Below are positions 60,043 through 62,930 of a DNA stretch of 62,930 nucleotides, piece after piece. This DNA is from Candidatus Benthicola marisminoris. Its GTDB lineage: Bacteria; Gemmatimonadota; Gemmatimonadetes; Palauibacterales; Palauibacteraceae. The stretch spans positions 1-62,930 of the forward strand of contig JAMJQR010000033.1 in the NCBI GenBank assembly GCA_023554335.1. Reading direction: 5' to 3'. Numbering within the stretch: the stretch's first letter is position 1; every line of letters starts with the position of its first letter. Both the position numbers and the translations under genes were made by a program. The notes beneath the pieces were generated by a model. That model searched no databases. It had not been told where the DNA came from and saw nothing but the letters and a program-made list of their open reading frames with translations.

Positions 60043-61157
60043 CGACCGGCGTCCCGCGCAGCTCCGAAATTCGAATCGATCCCGTGGATCGGCGGGAGCT
60101 CGAGGAGCTCTCGGGATTGTACGAGCTGCCTCTGCTCGAGCTGGGAGCTCTGGCCCGAGATCGTGCCCGGGAGGCTGTGCCTGACGGTATCGTCTCCTAC
60201 ATCGTCGATCGGAACATCAACTACACGAACGTCTGTGTGACGGACTGTTCCTTCTGCGCTTTCTATCGGCGTCCGGGTCACGAAGAGGGATACGTGCTCT
60301 CGAACGAGCAGATTGGCGCCAAGATCGATGAAGCCAAGGCCATAGGCGCGGTCCAGATCCTCATGCAAGGTGGTCACAACCCGTATCTGAAGCTGGACTA
60401 CTACACGGACCTCCTGGAATACATCAAGGCGCACCACCCGATCCACGTGCACGGGTTCTCGGCTTCGGAGCTCGACATCATCGCTCGAGTGACGCGGGCA
60501 GATGTCGAGACCGTCATTGGCGAATTGAAGGCCGCCGGCCTGGACTCTGTGCCCGGCGCCGGGGCCGAGATTCTGGTGGATGACGTCCGCGATCGAATCG
60601 CCAAGAAGAAGATCGGGACGGCACGCTGGCTGGAGATCCACCGGGCCGTGCACGATCAAGGTCTGCTGAGCTCCGCAACGATGATGTTCGGGGCGGGAGA
60701 GAGCCGCGCGGATCGGGTCGAGCACATGTTGAGGGTTCGCGACCTTCAGCGTCGCACGGGCGGGTTCACCGCGTTCATACCGTGGACGCTTCAGTCGGAC
60801 GGCACGGAAATGGATGGGACCCCCGAGGCGACGGCCACCGAGTACCTGAAGACGATCGCGATATCCCGCGTTGTGATCGACAACGTCCGGAATCTGCAGG
60901 TGAGCTACGTGACCCAGGGGCCCAAGGTCGCCCAGGTGGCACTCCACTTCGGGTGCAACGACTTCGGCTCGCTGATGATGGAGGAGAACGTCGTTTCCGC
61001 GACGGGGACCGACTTCATCATGCCGCGTTCCACGCTGGTGCAGTTCATCGAGGGAGCAGGCTTCAGGGCCGCCCCGCGATATCAGGATTACTCCGCGGTA
61101 CAGCCGGATCTTGACTGGTACTGCGGCTGCGGAGTCTGTCTCGACAGGAGGGTCTGA
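60039..61157 (+). CDS. mqnC: futalosine-pathway radical-SAM enzyme, MqnC-like (cyclic dehypoxanthinyl futalosine synthase; tentative paralog assignment)
   Basis: NINYTNVCVTDCSFCAFYR (canonical CX3CX2C), ILMQGGHNP, SATMMFGAGES..RVEH and TGGFTAFIPWTLQ. ATGA overlap with the upstream paralog. Confidence 0.7.
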   Translation: MTTGVPRSSEIRIDPVDRRELEELSGLYELPLLELGALARDRAREAVPDGIVSYIVDRNINYTNVCVTDCSFCAFYRRPGHEEGYVLSNEQIGAKIDEAKAIGAVQILMQGGHNPYLKLDYYTDLLEYIKAHHPIHVHGFSASELDIIARVTRADVETVIGELKAAGLDSVPGAGAEILVDDVRDRIAKKKIGTARWLEIHRAVHDQGLLSSATMMFGAGESRADRVEHMLRVRDLQRRTGGFTAFIPWTLQSDGTEMDGTPEATATEYLKTIAISRVVIDNVRNLQVSYVTQGPKVAQVALHFGCNDFGSLMMEENVVSATGTDFIMPRSTLVQFIEGAGFRAAPRYQDYSAVQPDLDWYCGCGVCLDRRV

Positions 61158-61159
61158 GG

Positions 61160-61570
61160 ATGGCGGGTCGTGTTCTCGTGATGATGGGGTCCGAATCTGA
61201 TCGCCCGGTCATGCAGAAGGGCGTCGACGTGCTGGCGGAGGCGGGAGTCGAGGTCGAGGTCATCGTCAGCAGCGCGCACCGCGACCCGGTGCGTACGGCG
61301 GAGATCGCTTCCGGGGCCGAGAACGCCGGCTATTCGGCGGTCATATGCGGCGCCGGACTGTCGGCGGCCCTTCCAGGTGTCGTAGCGGCGCACACGTCGC
61401 TGCCGGTGATCGGCGTGCCGATTTCGGCGGGTACTCTCGGCGGGCTGGATGCACTTCTGTCCGTCGCTCAGATGCCCCCCGGCGTGCCTGTGGCAGCCGT
61501 AGGTATCGACAACTCCCGGAACGCCGCACACCTGGCGCTCCGACTGCTTGGAGGCAGCCGAGGGTCCTGA
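61160..61570 (+). CDS. purE: PurE-family (AIR carboxylase / N5-CAIR mutase fold) protein, short form
   Basis: MMGSESD, SSAHRDP, ICGAGLSAALPG and SVAQMPPGVPVAAVGI align with PurE motifs. Only 136 aa, and the usual AAHLPG His is Ala. Starts 2 nt after the mqnC-like stop, behind AGGAGGG. Confidence 0.75.
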   Translation: MAGRVLVMMGSESDRPVMQKGVDVLAEAGVEVEVIVSSAHRDPVRTAEIASGAENAGYSAVICGAGLSAALPGVVAAHTSLPVIGVPISAGTLGGLDALLSVAQMPPGVPVAAVGIDNSRNAAHLALRLLGGSRGS

Positions 61571-61597
61571 CTCCGGCGCCGACCGATAGGAGGTTCC

Positions 61598-62113
61598 GTG
61601 CGAGTCGGCATCGGCTATGACTCACACCGTTTCGAGCCGGGGCGGCTGCTGGTCCTCGGAGGAGTCCACGTTCCCGAGCACCCCGGACTCAAGGGACATT
61701 CGGACGGTGACGCCGTCGCCCATGCCCTGACGGATGCGCTCCTCGGTGCGGCGGCTCTGGGCGATATCGGTCAGCACTTCCCCGACACGGACGATCGATG
61801 GTCCGGAGCGAACTCCATGGAGCTGCTCGCGGCTACCGTGCGTCTCATCGAGCAACACAACTACCAGGTCGTGAACGCTGACATCACGGTCGTGACGGAG
61901 AGCCCCCCCATACGACCCTGGGTGGATGCGATCGCGGAGTCCCTGGCCACCCGGCTCCGGATCGCCCGAACCTCGATTTCCATCAAGGGAAAGACGAACG
62001 AGGGCCTGGGATGGATCGGACGTGGCGAGGGACTCGCGGTCATGGCGGTCGCCCTGCTTGACCAGATCGGCGACATCGACACCCTGCACGCCTCCATCCG
62101 AACCGGCGGATAG
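61598..62113 (+). CDS. ispF: 2-C-methyl-D-erythritol 2,4-cyclodiphosphate synthase
   Basis: GYDSHRF and GHSDGDAVAHA zinc/substrate motifs. GTG start 4 nt after AGGAGG. Confidence 0.94.
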   Translation: MRVGIGYDSHRFEPGRLLVLGGVHVPEHPGLKGHSDGDAVAHALTDALLGAAALGDIGQHFPDTDDRWSGANSMELLAATVRLIEQHNYQVVNADITVVTESPPIRPWVDAIAESLATRLRIARTSISIKGKTNEGLGWIGRGEGLAVMAVALLDQIGDIDTLHASIRTGG

Positions 62114-62121
62114 GCGGGCAG

Positions 62122-62751
62122 ATGCAGGAGCAGCTGGAGGCTTTTCTGCAGCTGGTCGGCGGTATCCCGGTGGAGATGATCTACCTGCTGGTGGGGGTCG
62201 GAGCTGCGGTGGAGAATCTCTTTCCACCTGTCCCGTCCGACGTCGTGGTGGTCGCGGGAGGAATGCTCGCCGACCGCGGAATCCTCCGGTCCGAGCTGGT
62301 CTTTCTCGTCGCTTGGGTGAGCAACCTGCTGCTGGCCCTCGGTGTGTACCTCGCCGCCCGTCGCTTCGGTGGCGGGATCTTCTCGACTCGCTGGGGGCGG
62401 TGGCTGCTCAGGCCGGCCCAGCTTGAGCGCATGTCCCTGTTCTACGAGGACTACGGTGCTCTGACGATTCTGGTCAGCCGCTTCTTTCCAGTATTCCGAG
62501 TGCTCGTTCCAGCGTTCGCCGGCATCAGTCGTTTGGGCTTCTGGCGCACCGCGGTTCCGCTGGCCGCGGCGTCTGCTGCGTGGTATGCGGTCCTCGTGGC
62601 GGGAGGCATTCTGGCTTCCCGAAACATCCCGAGGATCGTCGGTGCCCTGACTGCGGAGAACACGACGGCGGGTACGGTGGCGCTGCTAGTGGCGGTCGGA
62701 CTGGCGTGGCTCTGGGTCAGGTCTCGCAGGCACGACGAGGAGCACGATTGA
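62122..62751 (+). CDS. DedA-family (SNARE-associated) membrane protein
   Basis: VENLFPPVPSD motif and multiple TM segments. 209 aa. Confidence 0.85.
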   Translation: MQEQLEAFLQLVGGIPVEMIYLLVGVGAAVENLFPPVPSDVVVVAGGMLADRGILRSELVFLVAWVSNLLLALGVYLAARRFGGGIFSTRWGRWLLRPAQLERMSLFYEDYGALTILVSRFFPVFRVLVPAFAGISRLGFWRTAVPLAAASAAWYAVLVAGGILASRNIPRIVGALTAENTTAGTVALLVAVGLAWLWVRSRRHDEEHD

Positions 62752-62930
62752 TGGGCAACGACGGGAAAGCCGGCGGGCGACCCTCGTCTACCGAGATACC
62801 CGCCGACTTTCGCCTGGACGGTTTCGCGGATTTCCTGATCTACGAGAGAGGCCTCGCCCGGCGCACTGCGGACGCCTACCTGTCCGACTGCCGTGCCCTG
62901 GCGCTCTTTGCCCTCGCGAACGGATGCAGC
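62751..62930 (+). CDS. tyrosine recombinase XerC/XerD-like, 5' fragment (runs off window)
   Basis: ATG 62751 shares one base with the DedA TGA (TGATG). My translation is MGNDGKAGGRPSSTEIPADFRLDGFADFLIYERGLARRTADAYLSDCRALALFALANGCS, with no stop before the window end. It has the F..FL..ERGL...T..AY..D pattern of the Xer N-terminal SAM-like domain. Confidence 0.65.
   Translation, partial: MGNDGKAGGRPSSTEIPADFRLDGFADFLIYERGLARRTADAYLSDCRALALFALANGCS

Noticed and set aside
62751-62930. Tyrosine recombinase fragment at the window edge as a possible marker of an integrated mobile element or genomic island
   Set aside because: The N-terminus looks like chromosomal XerC/XerD. It is translationally coupled (TGATG) to a housekeeping-type DedA gene. 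No att-like repeats, tRNA or compositional shift are visible. The rest of the gene and its downstream context are outside the window.

Overview
This window is a 62.9-kb GC-rich chromosomal segment with strong GC3 bias, judged by eye and not computed. It is packed almost end to end with housekeeping genes, mostly on the + strand. I count about 71 protein-coding genes, one of which runs off the right edge.

Content, left to right:
- Cyclophilin, ornithine aminotransferase and a secreted DUF1028 protein.
- TCA enzymes: citrate synthase and isocitrate dehydrogenase here, with malate dehydrogenase and sucCD further along.
- An outer-membrane barrel protein.
- A long, tightly overlapping housekeeping run: yicC-gmk-rpoZ-coaBC-UDG-dnaB, then radA-ispD-tsaC-LMW phosphatase-aroE-comF.
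- gap-pgk-tpiA-secG, then rnhA, carA, sppA, an IHF/HU protein and an aminotransferase.
- moaD-moaE-moaA and mdh.
- A small uncharacterised neighbourhood: an NfeD-like membrane protein, a helical lipoprotein and an HD-GYP protein.
- DUF423, dcd and a hydrolase.
- A complete complex I operon, nuoA-N, as 13 genes with nuoC and nuoD fused.
- PMM/PGM, carbamate kinase, sucCD and ndk.
- yceD-rpmF-plsX-fabD-fabG-acpP-fabF, running straight into two futalosine-type radical-SAM genes, a short PurE-family gene, ispF, a DedA protein and the 5' end of a XerC/D-like recombinase.

I saw no rRNA, tRNA, CRISPR array, IS element or prophage-like content by eye. The gene set (TonB-plug outer-membrane protein, futalosine route, lipoprotein) fits a GC-rich diderm bacterium. 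The phylum cannot be determined from this window.

I found no convincing novel multi-gene system, and this looks like ordinary core genome. The items most worth a second look:
- A 42-nt duplicate of the nuoCD 3' end in the nuoCD-nuoE spacer.
- An MqnE/MqnC-like pair in which the first paralog has a CX5CX2C cluster motif.
- A truncated PurE-family gene lacking a conserved His, coupled to those mqn genes.
- An unannotated 36-codon membrane-peptide ORF.
- A small unknown ORF translationally coupled to moaD.
- An outer-membrane protein gene with no canonical start codon downstream of icd.
- The uncharacterised gene trio at 29.5-32.4 kb.
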